64,000 nucleotides of DNA from Harriotta raleighana (GCA_050575255.1 JBNZDD010013573.1:934019-998018), one strand, 5' to 3'; positions 1 to 13,586 are shown, numbered from the stretch's first letter. Numbers and translations are program-made. Notes: generated by a model from the sequence alone, not told the origin.

Positions 1-369
1 AACTTTACATGGAACAAGGAGTCCAATAGCAGGTAAAAAGATCACCAATTGTGAATGTAAATTACATTATTCATCTATTAAAGTTATCTCAAAATGCTTT
101 GATAGATGTTTACTATAGATAGGGTTTACATCAAATAAAATGGGAGAAAAATATCCACATTAGTTTTTCTGAGCTCTGTGTAAGGTTTCCTGAATTTTAC
201 CCTAAATCATTGCTTGTTTCCATTTACACAACCATAACTGGAACTTCACAAAGTAATGAAGCAATTAACTTATACTTTCCTAAATAATAAATAATTTTGT
301 TGGTAAAAGAAAATCTCTTAAAATTTCCTGCAGAAAAAAACTGGGTTAAAGTCAACCAGAAATAAAAAC

Positions 370-890
370 NNNNNNNNNNNNNNNNNNNNNNNNNNNNNNN
401 NNNNNNNNNNNNNNNNNNNNNNNNNNNNNNNNNNNNNNNNNNNNNNNNNNNNNNNNNNNNNNNNNNNNNNNNNNNNNNNNNNNNNNNNNNNNNNNNNNNN
501 NNNNNNNNNNNNNNNNNNNNNNNNNNNNNNNNNNNNNNNNNNNNNNNNNNNNNNNNNNNNNNNNNNNNNNNNNNNNNNNNNNNNNNNNNNNNNNNNNNNN
601 NNNNNNNNNNNNNNNNNNNNNNNNNNNNNNNNNNNNNNNNNNNNNNNNNNNNNNNNNNNNNNNNNNNNNNNNNNNNNNNNNNNNNNNNNNNNNNNNNNNN
701 NNNNNNNNNNNNNNNNNNNNNNNNNNNNNNNNNNNNNNNNNNNNNNNNNNNNNNNNNNNNNNNNNNNNNNNNNNNNNNNNNNNNNNNNNNNNNNNNNNNN
801 NNNNNNNNNNNNNNNNNNNNNNNNNNNNNNNNNNNNNNNNNNNNNNNNNNNNNNNNNNNNNNNNNNNNNNNNNNNNNNNNNNNNNNNNNN
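370..890. other. Assembly gap (N run)
   Basis: Continuous Ns; the X-filled ORFs 224..943 and 318..902 are artefacts of it. Confidence 0.99.
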
Positions 891-1383
891 GAAAGGGTAC
901 AAAGAAGATTTACTAGGATGGTGCCAGGATTGAGGGACTTCACCTATGAGGAAAGGCTAGATAGGCTAGGGTTATTCTCTCTAGAACAGAGAAGATTGAG
1001 GGGAGACCTAATAGAGGTTTATAAGATCATGAGGGGTTTCGACAGGGCAAATAGAGAAAAACTATTTCCACTCGTGGGCGAATCTGTGACCCGTGGTCAC
1101 AGATTTAAAATAGTTTCAAAGCGAAGTAGAGGGGAGCTGAGGAGAAACTTTTTCACTCAGCGAGTTGTTCGAATCTGGAATGCATTGCCTGAAAAGGTGG
1201 TGGAGGCTGATTCGATAACAACTTTTAAAAGGGAATTAGATCTTTATTTAGGGAGAACAGGTCTATTAGGCTATGGGGAGCGAGCAGGGCAGTGGGATTA
1301 AATCGCTCTTTTCAAAGAGCCGGCACAGACTAGATGGGCCGAATGGCCTCCTTTTGTGCCGTAAACATCTATGAATCTATGAA
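891..1383 (+). mobile_element. CR1-type LINE 3' end (ORF2 C-terminus plus 3' UTR), well preserved
   Basis: ORF 918..1301 YEERLDRLGLFSLEQRRLRGDLIEVYKIMRG...TRGHRFK...RRNFFTQRVVRIWNALP is the typical CR1 ORF2 C-terminus; ends in GGCCGAATGGCCTCCT and an (ATCTATGA)-type tail; 5' part lost in the gap. Confidence 0.93.
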
Positions 1384-1659
1384 CTTAAGTCATTTTATTA
1401 ATAAGTTTCACCCATAAAATATAGGACATTTTCTTTACAGTATATTCTGTGAAGCGCTTTGACAGTGACATGATAGGGAGTTATATCAAATGCAAGGATT
1501 ATTATTATTAATATTGAGTTTATCTACTCCAAAATTGCAAGTATATGAAGTGCTGAAAAATTAAATGAAGAGAAACTTGCAAGATTTGTTCTCTGTCGGA
1601 TCACTTGTGACTCCATTATTTTGTAGCTGAACAAAATCATAGCTTTGGTGCGTTGCAAT

Positions 1660-1955
1660 GTGGAGTCCTGTGGAGTAATAGTTAGAGCACTCACCTTGAA
1701 TGCAAGAGGACCTGGGTATAATTCCCATTCAGTGTAAATGTTGGGCAAGTTTCCTTACTCCACATGTCTCTGCTTACCAAGCAGTAAATAGGAACCCAGT
1801 TGTTAGTCGAATGGTGAATCGCTTTTCTCAGGGTAATAATCCCTTTGAAAAAATAATTTCATAAAAAGACACTCCTGGTTGAAATTGGCTGACATATTTC
1901 ATCCACAAAATAGACATATCAAAGACATGATAAGTTGTAATATCAAATGCAAGTA
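1660..1955 (+). mobile_element. tRNA-derived SINE, degraded; tail interrupted by a MITE
   Basis: Head GGAGTCCTGTGGAGTAATAGTTAGAGCACTC, GGGCAAGTTTCCTTACTCCACATG core, tail TATCAAATGCAAG. Confidence 0.8.
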
Positions 1956-2443
1956 AGGTAAAAGCCCATTTATCCGGCATCCGCGGGACCTGGCCAATGC
2001 CAGTTAAATGGTAGGATCCGACGCCGAAAACTCCCTCCAAAAAAATTAACTTATTTTAACACATACCATATTAATAATAGACTAAATAATAACAGATAAT
2101 AACAGAATATTGTATGGGTACTTTATTGTAAATCTTGTACACTATACCATATAAATAATAGACTAAATACAGTAATAATAGATATTGTGATAACAGAATA
2201 TTGTATTGGTATTTTATTATCTATACTTAACTTCTGCAATGGCGGCCGCTACGGGAGGAAAAAAAATGGCAGAGCGACTTTTAGACTCTAGTAGCAGCAA
2301 GCCGAAATACCTGTACAATACAGCACTCTCATGCGACAATCCATTCATTAAATGTGCCATTGCTATTCTGCTGGATAACTTCCGGTTAATCGGATGGGGA
2401 CTTTTTTTTAATGTGCTGGTTATACGGAAATGGTCTTTAACTG
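1956..2443 (+). mobile_element. Non-autonomous DNA transposon (MITE, Tc1/mariner-pogo/Tigger-like), copy 1
   Basis: TA on both sides (1954-55, 2444-45); left end AGGTAAAAGCCCATTTATCCGGCATCCGCGGGACCTGGCC matches the reverse complement of the 41275 end; right end TTTAACTG; shared TAATAATAGACTAAATAATAACAG block. Confidence 0.8.
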
Positions 2444-3799
2444 TATTATTTGGATTATTGCAGTTTAAATCACAGAATAATGGAGTCAGTCAATAGATGT
2501 ACATATTGAGCTACCTAACAATCCCAACTACTTCCGTAAACAATTTCNTGCAGTTTAAATCACAGAATAATGGAGTCAGTCAATAGATGTACATATTGTG
2601 CTACCTAACAATCCCAACTACTGTATTTCTGTAAACAATTTATTTATTATTTCAGCCTCAAATCAGAAGTGAAGTGTTTTGAGAAGTCTAGAAGATGTGA
2701 AAAGCGCAATATCAAATGCAAGGATTACTATTATTATTGTTGTTATATCCATTATTAAATGGCCAACAGACTTTAAAAAAATGGAAACAATGTAATTGCC
2801 ATTTAAACTAGGCATTTTAGTACCAGTCTGAATAAAGCGATAAAGTAAATTAGAATTGACTGAGTCACACTACAATGAGGGAAGGGGAGGTTCTATCAAA
2901 CATGAATCACTGAAAATGACAATCTTTCTGCTAGATCTTTTTAATGTGAAATCCCACATGCCCCTTAATTTCAAAGTACTCTCACTCACAGAGCTCCATC
3001 AAGATTAGCTTTGAGATTGGATCGCACAAATTTAGTTTCTACTGCACTTGCTTGGCCTTGAAAAGTGAAGTATAACTTAGCATGAGTGAAGCAAATGCAA
3101 CATAGACTGTTGAATATCTAAAACAAGCATCTGTTTCCCGTCAGTTTCAAGCGGGTGGGGAAACAAAAACAAATTATGTTTTATACAAGCTCAAAGTCAC
3201 CAGATGGCGGTTTTCATCAACTGCACAAGTTCTTGGCAGCAAAAAAAATCCCAATGATGTTCTATGGCACCAAAGTATCACTGTTGATGCCCAGTTTTGG
3301 ATTTCATTTGCACCAGATGAGCTGGAAGAAAAGCAAGATGTTCCGATGCCAACTGTTAGATCTGCTGGCGCTGCTGCAAGTGATGCACCTGCGGAGCAGT
3401 GTACAGCAATGTGGGCAGTTTATCTGTAGTGGATCTACATCAACACAGCTTGGATTTTAATATTATTGTATAACGAATGGAACGGGCAAATACAGTACAT
3501 TCCAATTTGCATTTATGGAGCAGCTTCCATGTCAGGAGGTCATCTCAGAGAGCTTAATGCTCCATTTGTACATTGTGCAATCCATCATTCTGGAGATTGT
3601 AAGTACACAGTAGCTACCTGACTGGTACCCTACATTTCCACTTTTAGAATATTGCAATACCATTACAACTACAAAGAAACCCAGTTCTATGTATTTTGGA
3701 GGAGAAATACTTTTGATTTTGGTATTCTTTCCTATGTTCATTGAAAAAAATGTTTAAACTCATTTATAAATAAATATACTCTAAAACTACACATAAATT

Positions 3800-4465
3800 G
3801 GTGCGCCCACAAATACACAGTCAATTCACTTTACAGTATATTCTGTGAAGTGCTTTGAGACGTCTAGAAGATGTGAAAAGCGTTATATCAAACGCAAGGA
3901 TTATTATTATTACCTGTATTGTTATATCAATTAGCAAATGGCTCACGTCAGGTGTTTTGCTTTTTATTACTTTTTCAGGCTATATGACCACAACAGCAAC
4001 ATTAATAATCCTTGCATTTGACATAGCTCCTTATCACATTGTGGGGACTTCTCAAAGGGCTTCACAGAATATATTGTAAAGAGAATTGACTGTATACTTT
4101 ATGGAGTCCTGTAGTTCAGTGGTTAGAGCACTCGCCTCACAAATGAGAAACGTGGGTTCAATTCCTGGCAGAGCGAAACCTTGGTCACATTTCCTTACTC
4201 CACAGGCCTGATAATAATCCCTCAAGAAGAAAAATCAATAACAAATTGGCTAATTCAATCCAGGATTGTTTGTGGGAGTCTGCTTTTGACAATTGGCTGC
4301 CATGTTTCGCCCACAAATACACAGTCAATTCACTTCACAGTACAGTATATTCTGTGAAGCGCTTTGAGACGTCGGGTTGTCTCAATTATTAGCAGTCATG
4401 TGGAGTAAGGAAACTTGCCCAGGGTTTTGTCCTGTCTGGAAACGAACCCAGGTCTCTCGCTTCCA
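3800..4465. mobile_element. Cluster of SINE pieces in both orientations (near-complete + copy at about 4102-4372)
   Basis: Box A/B-like GTAGTTCAGTGGTTAGAGC and GGTTCAATTCC; CACAAATACACAGTCAATTCACTT core; TGTGAAGCGCTTTGAGACG tail. Confidence 0.8.
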
Positions 4466-5345
4466 AGAGGTTTGTGTAGCTCTAAGTTGGAATAAGATGA
4501 AAAAGGTTCCATTCATCCAATATTTCTCTTAATAGTCACATTTTCTTTTCTCCTCTGTGCCATCTGCGCTTTCAAGACAATTTATTTTCCCCAAATGTCT
4601 TTCACCAAGTTAGGGGTAGTCTATGTGTTGTCTTCTAAACCAGTCCAATTAGTTTACTTAACACCTTCCAGTTTCTCNAGGTCTCTCGCTTCCAAGAGGT
4701 TTGTGTAGCTCTAAGTTGGAATAAGATGAAAAAGGTTCCATTCATCCAATATTTCTCTTAATAGTCACATTTTCTTTTCTCCTCTGTGCCATCTGCGCTT
4801 TCAAGACAATTTATTTTCCCAAAGTTAGGGGTAGCCTGCCTATGTGCTGTCTTCTAAACCAGTCCAATTAGTTTACTTAACACCTTCCAGTTTCTTTTAT
4901 GTCATTCAGAAACCTTCTTAGAATGACTTTCAATAACATTGTTGTTTTAAATGTCGCAATGCTGTATTTATTGTTTAGAATATTCTGAAGTGTAGCCATT
5001 GCAATAAGTAATGATTGTAATTGGTGGTGAGATGGAAGTTTATTCTATTCATTTTAACACACAAAAATTAAATTGAAATCAGAGCAAGCTTGTTTTAACC
5101 TTGGGCAGCCTCAGCAATTATCAATTTTAACTGAAAATACTCTTGGCACCTCAATACATAGATGTCACTAATGGTACAGTTATGATATATTCCTGACAAT
5201 TCTGGGACAAATTCACATACTTTGTTATAATTGCACTTATTTGCAATAAGCCTTTCCCATTTATGTCAGAACTGAATACATTGAGATGTCTTGGCAATCT
5301 GCCAATCATTAGATTATAGCTAAAGAGCTTGCGGTTTAACATTTA

Positions 5346-6375
5346 TAACAACAATAATAAAATTACATTTGTATAGCTCCTTTACCAGGATTTTGAACTG
5401 TATCCTCTATGTGATGGGAAGTGAGTAGAGTCTGGTGAGGATGGCGTTGATCGGGTCCCGGAGGTTGGTGTGGGAGAGGACATGAGTTGCAGAGTTCTGG
5501 ATGATCTGTCACTCCTAAGGAGGGAGGAGTTGGGGAAGCTGACAAGCAAGGAGTTTGAAGCCTGGATATTATGAATGCAAGTAATAATACATAATAATCC
5601 TTGTTTTTGATGTAGCACTTATCACGTCTTCCAGACGATTCAAAGCGCTTCACAGAATATCCTATAAGGTGAATTGACTAGCGCACAGTAGTGTCCCACA
5701 AACAGTCATGCATGAGGTTCTGGCAGCCTGCAGTGTGAGACAGTTTTGAAGTGGGGGAAGGCAGAGCAGGTCATGCCATGGATGTGGGATATAAAGGATT
5801 GTTGAGGGTCAAACAAGACACCAAGGTTCTGGACTGAGTGAGATGGAGTGTGTATGCTGTCAGTGCCTGAAGTGTACAGTTCTATGTCTTCCGTGTACAT
5901 GTGGAAGTTGACCTCCATGTTTGCAGATGATGTCACCAAGGGGAAGCATATAGGTATTGAAGAGGAGGAGACCTGAGGAATGCTGTAGGAGAAAGTGCAG
6001 GGCCTAGAGGAGAAACCGTTTATTGGGATGAATTGGAGGTGCCGCGAGAGGTATGGTCTAAACCATTCAAGGACAGAACCATGAAGGGTGAGAGGAACGG
6101 CAGTGGATGAGGATAGATTGGTCAATTTTGTTGAATGCAGCAGAGAAATCAAAGAGGACAAGGAGTCAGAGGGAGCCATGGTCGCAGATGGAACAGAACA
6201 GTGGTAGTTTGAGAGCAGGAGTGGGTAGTACAAGGAGGTTTTTTATGGATGGGCGTGATGATGGACATTTTTAAAGGGGTAGGAACAGTTCTGGTGGACA
6301 GGGAGAGGTTTATGAGAAAGGGACAAAAGAAGTTGGGTATTAAGGGGACCGATAGAGTTGGGGTCGAGGAAGTAA
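5346..6375 (-). mobile_element. Decayed L2-type LINE (RT region and 3' tail), interrupted by a SINE tail at about 5590-5715
   Basis: ORF 5706..6233 VLEWFRPYLSRHLQFI...FHMYTEDIELY...SVQNLGVLFDPQQSFISHI (degenerate YADD and NLGV motifs); frameshifted. Confidence 0.85.
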
Positions 6376-6377
6376 CA

Positions 6378-7090
6378 ATAATAATAATCCTTGCATTTGA
6401 TACAGTGCTTTTCAATTCTTATCGACGTCTCAAAGCGCTTCACAGAATATACTGTAAATTGATACTGTTAATTGATTGTATATTTTGTGGTAGGTGGTCG
6501 GTTTCAAGTTGGTTACAGTGGTGGTGAGAGAGGAGTGGAAGACAGCTTTCAAGGTGTGGAGGGAGGGATGGGTAAGTGCTGGGATATGAGCGGGGAGATG
6601 GGGAGGGGTAGAAGGCAGAAAGGCAAAGGCAGCTGAGTGGATCCCCTCGACATCTCCAATAAAATCTATCTACAACAACAATTTGCATTTATATAATACC
6701 CTTCATGGGGGTTAGTGTCCCAGATCATCTACTACACTAGATTGCTACTCCTGTATTCTCTGCCCCCATCTTCTGGAACTTCATCTCACAGTCCCTCTGC
6801 CTTGTCCCTGTCCCCCCACCCCTCCCCCTCTTGGCACCTTGGGATGTCCTACCGACCCGACGGGCTCCCTATAAATGCAATTTTGTTATTGTTGTTCAAA
6901 ACCAGTCTCAAGACCTTGCACTTTGATTGTGCCTTCCGTCACCCTTCTACCCCACCCCTCCACACCCTCCATTTTTCCTAATCCTAACCGTCAGCTCGGG
7001 TGTGGATCCTTAACTGGATTTTCCAGCACATTGGGACGTCCTCCAGACATGAAAGGTATTATTATACAAATGTAATTTGTTGTTGTTGTA
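6378..7090. mobile_element. SINE tail (-) and L2 3'-end fragments (+)
   Basis: TCCTTGCATTTGATA...AAGCGCTTCACAGAATATACTG; CTGGAACT...CAAAACCAGTCTCAAGACC; TTGGGACGTCCTCC...TACAAATGTAATTTGTTGTTG. Confidence 0.7.
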
Positions 7091-8124
7091 CGCTTCCTTC
7101 TAGCAGGCTGAAATGACTCCGGAAGAGTTAACAGAAGAAAGTCACTGGCTGCCCTCTTGAGAGCCCTAAGAAGGTGAAGAAGAAGAATGCTATAGAACTT
7201 AAATATAACAGGCATTGGTAATGTAAATGGTTGAATTTGCAGCAAAGAACCAGTTTGTGTCAGCTATCCATAAATATGCATAAAAGCCACTTCATATGTA
7301 GTGTAAAAATTGACTGCTACACTTTACATTAAATTACTACACTTTACATTAAATCCTATGAATTTATACATCTTCCCATCCTGAAATATCAAATGCAAAT
7401 GCAAGGATTATACATTTAAATAAGATCTATATTACCAATAGATGAGAGGAAATGCAGCAGTAATATCATAAGCCTTTCCATAGTACCTTAACAAATAGAT
7501 TCTCAATTTTCATTAATATTCTACAATTAGATGATTCTAACTAGCGTCATTATTATTATTGTATTTCCTCTCCAGATGTGTTATATTGCTTGTCAAAGAA
7601 ACCATGTGTGCAATGACACTAACTGAACAAAATGCTTCCTCTGTTAAATTAGAATACATCCACTGCTCGAAATGAGCTTTGAAATCACAACCCAAAACAG
7701 ATTACAAGATAAATTGGTACAATCCACCGTTGTTCTTTTTACTGTGACAACACCTTCAGTTTTACACCATTTGTACAAAGAACAGGGCATATTCTCACCT
7801 TCCTGTGTGGGCGGCCACAGTGATGAAGTTCTTGCCTCTCAGAATCATGTTACATTTCCTGCAGCAATTATGCTTGGGAACTCAAGCCAGGTTGTGAAAT
7901 TATTGATGTGATGCCTACTGTAAACTACTGCATCAGACATTTAATAAAAATTACTAAATTTTTAATAAAAATCATCAGACTATATTTGGGGGAATATTAA
8001 TATCAATACTTAGCCACACTTTGTTACCTCTTTTGAAATGGGTTTTTAGTCATTGAAAAGCAGACATAATAGAGAGAATAGAGCAAGGCAGGTCCAAGGA
8101 AAATTAAAAGCAAATTCAAATTCT

Positions 8125-8445
8125 AGCTGAGTGGTTAGAGCACTTGCTGTACAAACTGGAGACCAGGGTTCAATTCCAAGCAGGGCGAAACTTGGGCAAG
8201 TTTCCTTATCCTACTAATGCTGCTACTTCCTTAATTTCCTTACCCCTACTTCCTTAATGCTTACTAATAATCCCTAAAAAAAAACACAAACAGTCATTTC
8301 AAACCACAGCTGTTTGTGGGACACAACTGTGCACAATTGGCTGCAGCATTTTGCCCACATATATACAGTATATTCTGTAAAGCGGTTTGAGAGTCTAGAT
8401 GACATGAAAAGCACTATCTCAAATGCAAGGAATATTATTATAATC
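8125..8445 (+). mobile_element. tRNA-derived SINE
   Basis: TAGCTGAGTGGTTAGAGCAC...GGTTCAATTCC head, TGTTTGTGGGACAC core, AAATGCAAGGAATATTATTAT tail. Confidence 0.85.
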
Positions 8446-11400
8446 ACCTGCTTCACTGNTCTCTTCTGCTAGCGTTGCAAGTATATTGTTGGCAGGAACC
8501 AATTAAGAGAACAGGTTCCCTGTTTGCTTCTCTTAACTGTGTCCAACACATGACAGAGGAGAGGAAAATGAAATAAAACTGTAGATCTCTGACATGCATT
8601 TTCAATGAATTTGTGATGAATTGGAACGGAAACGTGATGGGTTGCTCAGGAAGGAGGGAATGTTCCACTTTTAAAAATTCGCTGTTTTACAGTACGGCAA
8701 TTCACTTTCAATAGCCTTTTATTTTAACTATTGAGCAATGACAGAATCAACACATCTCCCAGAAATAGTTGTTTGATAGGTTCACTAGCGCTTGTTCATT
8801 CTCTTTTTCAATCCACTTTGGGTACCCGAGGTAGTCTTTGACTACCTGGATTGTGGTTTGTTATTGTTCATATTTGTTGCTAGGTCCCTCTCCAGTTTTC
8901 TCTTAGCTTCCCAATCCTTTCTATTTAAATCTATTTTCTCTCTAGTTTTCTCCTTAAAACCTTCAGAAATCTTCCATTTTTAAACAAATCTGCCTTTTTG
9001 TCTTCCTAAAACAGTGATCACAACTTAATGGGATCATCCTGACCAAACAATAACCGCAGTAACTAAAACAACACTGTATTGTAGAGAGAGAAAAAATGCC
9101 TGCTTTCCTTACTGACTTGTTAATTATACTGACCATTAATTTAGAAATGTTTTGCTTTCAAGCCAAATTCAGTGTCTTAAATCTCAATTAATGTTATTTA
9201 CATAAACGTTGACTGAATTGAATATCTTCACAAAAATGTGTTTCTACACCACCCCTGCCCCACTGTAATTAAATATACACTTAGCGAATATTATTCCTTG
9301 TATTTGCTGTAACATCTTTCATATTGGTATGATGTTTCAAATAGTTTCACTGTGATTCAACAACAAATTCACATTTATATTGTGCCTTTCATGTTGGGAA
9401 AAAATCCCAAAGCATTAGACAATCCATATACAAATTGTGTACATTATAGGCAAACATGTCATACGCAAACATGCCTGATGTAGAAGCTGGTGTGTATAAG
9501 CGCTCTGAGACGCAGTCTGGCGTGGAGGGCGCTATATAAATCAAAGTTGTTTGTTGTTGGTGTAAATGGTGTAAATCATATAAAATTTGATTACTGATAT
9601 TTTATGAAAATCATGTGTGGTCAATTCCTAGCTCTTCAAATAATAGTTTTCTGATTTTTATCAAAGGTGCTCGTTTATATTCAGCACGCAATGTCTACTG
9701 TGTATATTAATTTTCCAGCTTTTTTGCATAAATTCACCATCAAATTCAGGAGTGGAGCGAACGCATTTGGAAAAGCAATTGCAGATGTGGGGTTAAGTGG
9801 ACAACAGATTACCATTCTCAGCAAGTTCACTCGTAAAGGTAATCACACAAAGTGGCTTTCAAAGAAAAATGAAAACTGCACTTTTCAAACATTATCAGTC
9901 ACTAGCAATTATACAAAGCAACTTCACTTTGTCCACAATGAATGATATTGCAAAACAAAAATAAATTGCATAATTAAGCAAAGATGAAATAATGTAAATT
10001 TAATTCTTGTATGTAGAATCGCAGGAATTGTACAGCACATAAGGAGACAATTCAGTCCTTTGTTTATTTGCTTTTGGTATCTCTCTAATCTTTTATGCCT
10101 TCTCTTTCTCCAAACTGTTTCATATTTTTTTCTGAACTATTGTATGTATTTATTTTCCTTTCAAATGCTGCTGGCTACTCAACTTCAAAAGCCACTTGTA
10201 AAAACAAAATATTAAAACTTCTCTGCACAAAAATAAGTCTTCTAACTTGTTCTATGTGAGGCTGCATCATTGAATACCCCAAACCATTATCTTATGCATT
10301 CATATTCAATTTCTTATGGTAACCTTCACTTTCCTGGAGCCTTTGTCAATACCTGGTCTGGTAGGAAAAATCAATTTCTGAGTGCTAGATGAAGCAAAAC
10401 ATTCACTGTCAACCTTTTGCACTTCTGTTTATTTATTATGAAAGCATCTTGTGCCCGGTTAATTGCTAACCTTGGAGTTCAGCACACATGTCAGAATGTC
10501 AATTTATGATTTATAGACTTCCTGCAGGGAGTTCAGATTTTTTTAAAAAAAAGAATGAAGCCATTTATGTAATCTGTTTACTGATACATTGCAAATGCAT
10601 GCAAGTATTTTTATGCTTGATATTATCACTCAGGTGTCATAGTTAAGTGATAAATCAAAATAAACAAAGTGATGCAGAACTATGTGAGGCTTCTAATGAT
10701 GGCATTTCCTGGTATGTTTTCTTAATCTGAAAGATGTTTACCTAAATGCACATTTGGGCTATTAATATTCTGTTTTATCTTCATACTTGCATAATACTTT
10801 AATGTTTTCTGTCTTCAAGCATTAAGTTCTGAAAACCTGTGACCGTATTTGTAATACCTACTATGTGTTTTTGTGTTGCAGATTCCTTTACGAATGAAGA
10901 TGTTTTCNAATACTTTAATGTTTTCTGTCTTCAAGCATTAAGTTCTGAAAACCTGTGAAGGTATTTGTAATACCTACTCTGTGTTTTTGTGTTGCAGATT
11001 CCTTTACGAATAAGTACCCAGTATTGTGGGAAGAGGAATCATTCAAAATATAATCAGATTAGCAGAGTGATTTTCTGCTAATCTGTAAATTGACAGAATT
11101 TAGAGGAAGAAAACATTAGTCTGTTGGTCTGAATGTTTTGCTATGATCAGAATCAACCCCAATCAATAATTCTATGACCTACTTTCATTTTCGATTCATT
11201 TCTCTTCTTAATCTAGCGCAGTATTAAGACTTGTGTTATACATGTCTACATTCCCTGTTATGCTTTTCAAAAGAGGTGAGTTAGAGTTGTGTGGGTTCCT
11301 GATAAGAACATGATGTGATCAAGACACAGATAAAAAGCAGGACAGAACATGGTCAATAAATTAGTCTGATTTACCTATAATTGGAAACAGTTGGAGGACA

Positions 11401-11799
11401 GTTTATTCTGTAGAGGCACCAAGATATTGTAGCATTTGTAGTTTTATAAATGTGCGCATTTATCAGGGAGACTGGAAACGGAGACTACTGTACATCATGT
11501 TTGACCTTTGAATGATCTTAGTTAAGTGACAGTTAGCTAATTTGTTCCCCATTTCCAAAAATTCCACTTTCAGACCATAAATCTTATTTTAGGGGTAGTT
11601 TTGTGGACTGTCTGTTGTTTTGCCACCAACTTAATTAGAATCAAATACAGTCTCTTCGGCTGTGAGGGCACTTTTACATTTAGCTCTGCACTCTCAGATG
11701 TGGATATAACACAGCAGTAAATGATTACTGTTACAGCATCCAATATCCTGCTACAGTTAGTAGTATCACAATGTTGCCAGGAACAGAATCATACACTGT

Positions 11800-12075
11800 C
11801 ATTTTTTCCTGTTCTCCTTCCCCCTAACCCGATCCCTCCCCTTGCCATCTTTCCCCCCTTTCTCCCCTAACCCCACTTCCATGACTGTTTGTGGGACACT
11901 TCTGTGCGGAATTTGGCTCCCGCGTTTCGCCCACAAATATGCAGCCAATTTTTCCTACTTTCCTTCCCCCGACCCCTCCCCTCCTGCTCTGATCCATTCT
12001 TGACTGTTCAGCGCCTTGGGATGTCCTCCTGAGGTGAAAGGCGCTATATAAATGTAATTTTGATTGATTGGTTGA
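11800..12075 (+). mobile_element. L2/SINE-type 3' tail
   Basis: C-rich tract, CATGACTGTTTGTGGGACAC, CAGCGCCTTGGGATGTCCTCC...GGCGCTATATAAATG(TGAT)n. Confidence 0.75.
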
Positions 12076-12616
12076 TTTGGAGAAGGCAAGTTTAATATAT
12101 TACCAAGTCCCAATTGCTACTGCCAGTGGTTGAAGAGAGCTCTGTGTTTCTAAGTGTGAAGATAGCGATCCACCAACCAAGACATGTTTTTTAATGTTAT
12201 TAAAGGTCTTTAGCAATAATAAAAATAGTGTCTGTACATTTAGTTTATTCTGTAGTGCATGAATTGACATTTATATGAGAGAACTTCCTCAAGCTGAACT
12301 CCAGTCTGAATCTCTTGTCAATTGGGATTTATACTGACAGGTTGTTACAAAAAGTTCAATATGAACTAGGCATTAGTCAGGTATTATAAAGGTAGAAGAA
12401 AATGATAGAAATGGAAATGGGAGGCTCACGAGCAAGGTGATTTTTAACATAGCAGGTCCTGTAAAGGTATAAGTATTATGCAATGCAAATTAAATGTTTA
12501 AAATTGCAGTTTATACACTTTGACCACAGTATCTTCACATTAATATATCAATCAAATTACTCCAGAACAACAGATCACAGCTTCAAATTGAATACAGTTA
12601 AACAACTAAGATTTAA

Positions 12617-13586
12617 ACATCCTAGGGTTTTAAAAGAGGTAGCTCATGAGATAGTGGAGGCTTTGTGTCTGATCTTCCACCAGTTAGTCTAACATCGGTG
12701 GTAGGGAAAATTCTAGAATCCTTAATTAAGGATCTCGTAGTGGGGTACTTAGAGGATCACAGTATGATTAGATAGAATCAACATAGCTTTACAAAAGGGA
12801 AATCATGCTTAACAAATCTTTTAGAATTTTTTGAGGATTTATCAAGTAGATTAGATAGGGGGGAATCAGTAGATGTAGTGCTTTTAGTTTTCCAAAAGAC
12901 ATTCGATAAGATGCTGCATAAAAGGTTGATCCACGAGATAAGGGCCCATGGAATTAAGGGAATATATTAGCATGGATTGATCAATGGCTAACGGGCAGAA
13001 AACAAAGAGTGGGGATAAACTAGTCCTTCTCAGATTGGCGGGATGTGACTAGTGGAGTGCCACAAGGATCAGTGCTTGGGCCTCAACTATTTACAATCTA
13101 CATCAACGATCTATATGAGGACATTGAATTTAAAATATCCCAATTCGCGGATGACATTAAATAGGAGGGAGAGTAAACCCCGAGGAAGCAATTTAAAAAA
13201 TGCAATGCGATATAGATAGGCTAAGTGAGTGAGCAAGTAGGTGGCAGATGAAGTATAATGTAGGGAAGTGTGAAGTCATCCACCTAGGTGGTAAAAACAG
13301 TAGAGCAGATTATTTTTAGAAGGGGAGAGACTAGATAATGTTAGTGTTCAGAGGGACTTGGGTGTCCTTGTACAGCAGTCACAAAAAGTTAGTTTACAGG
13401 TACAGCAAGCAATTAGAAAGGATAACAGTATGTTTACATTCATCACAAAAGGGTTAGAATATAAGAGTACGGAAGTCTTGCTGCAACCGTATAGGGCCCT
13501 GGTGAGACAGCACCTAGAATAATGTGTGCAGTTTGTAACCCCTTTCCTTATTTAAGAAAGGATGTACTCGCCTTGAAGGGGGTACA
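12617..13586 (+). mobile_element. Decayed CR1 LINE reverse transcriptase fragment
   Basis: Reads [75 protein letters not shown]; has stops and frameshifts. Confidence 0.92.

Noticed and set aside
224-943. Long ORFs across the N gap (also 40554-41117)
   Set aside because: They are open only because Ns translate as X
918-1301. 127-aa intact ORF as a host gene
   Set aside because: It is the CR1 ORF2 C-terminus followed directly by a CR1 3' UTR
4102-4175. tRNA-like heads (also at about 8125, 21107, 24863, 32093, 50450) as tRNA genes
   Set aside because: Box A/B are present but there is no full cloverleaf, and each continues into a SINE body and tail
4450-4895. About 220-bp tandem duplication (similar at 2459-2640, 10792-11010, 35537-35838)
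   Set aside because: Each is centred on a single N; best explained as assembly overlap of alleles
7316-7354. 20-bp tandem duplication CTACACTTTACATTAAATTA (also a 32-bp repeat at about 42666-42730)
   Set aside because: Ordinary two-copy slippage duplications; no spacers, not CRISPR-like
11820-11875. CCCTAACCC telomere-like words (also GGGGTTAGGGG at about 55407)
   Set aside because: Isolated units within the C-rich 3' region of L2/SINE tails, not an array
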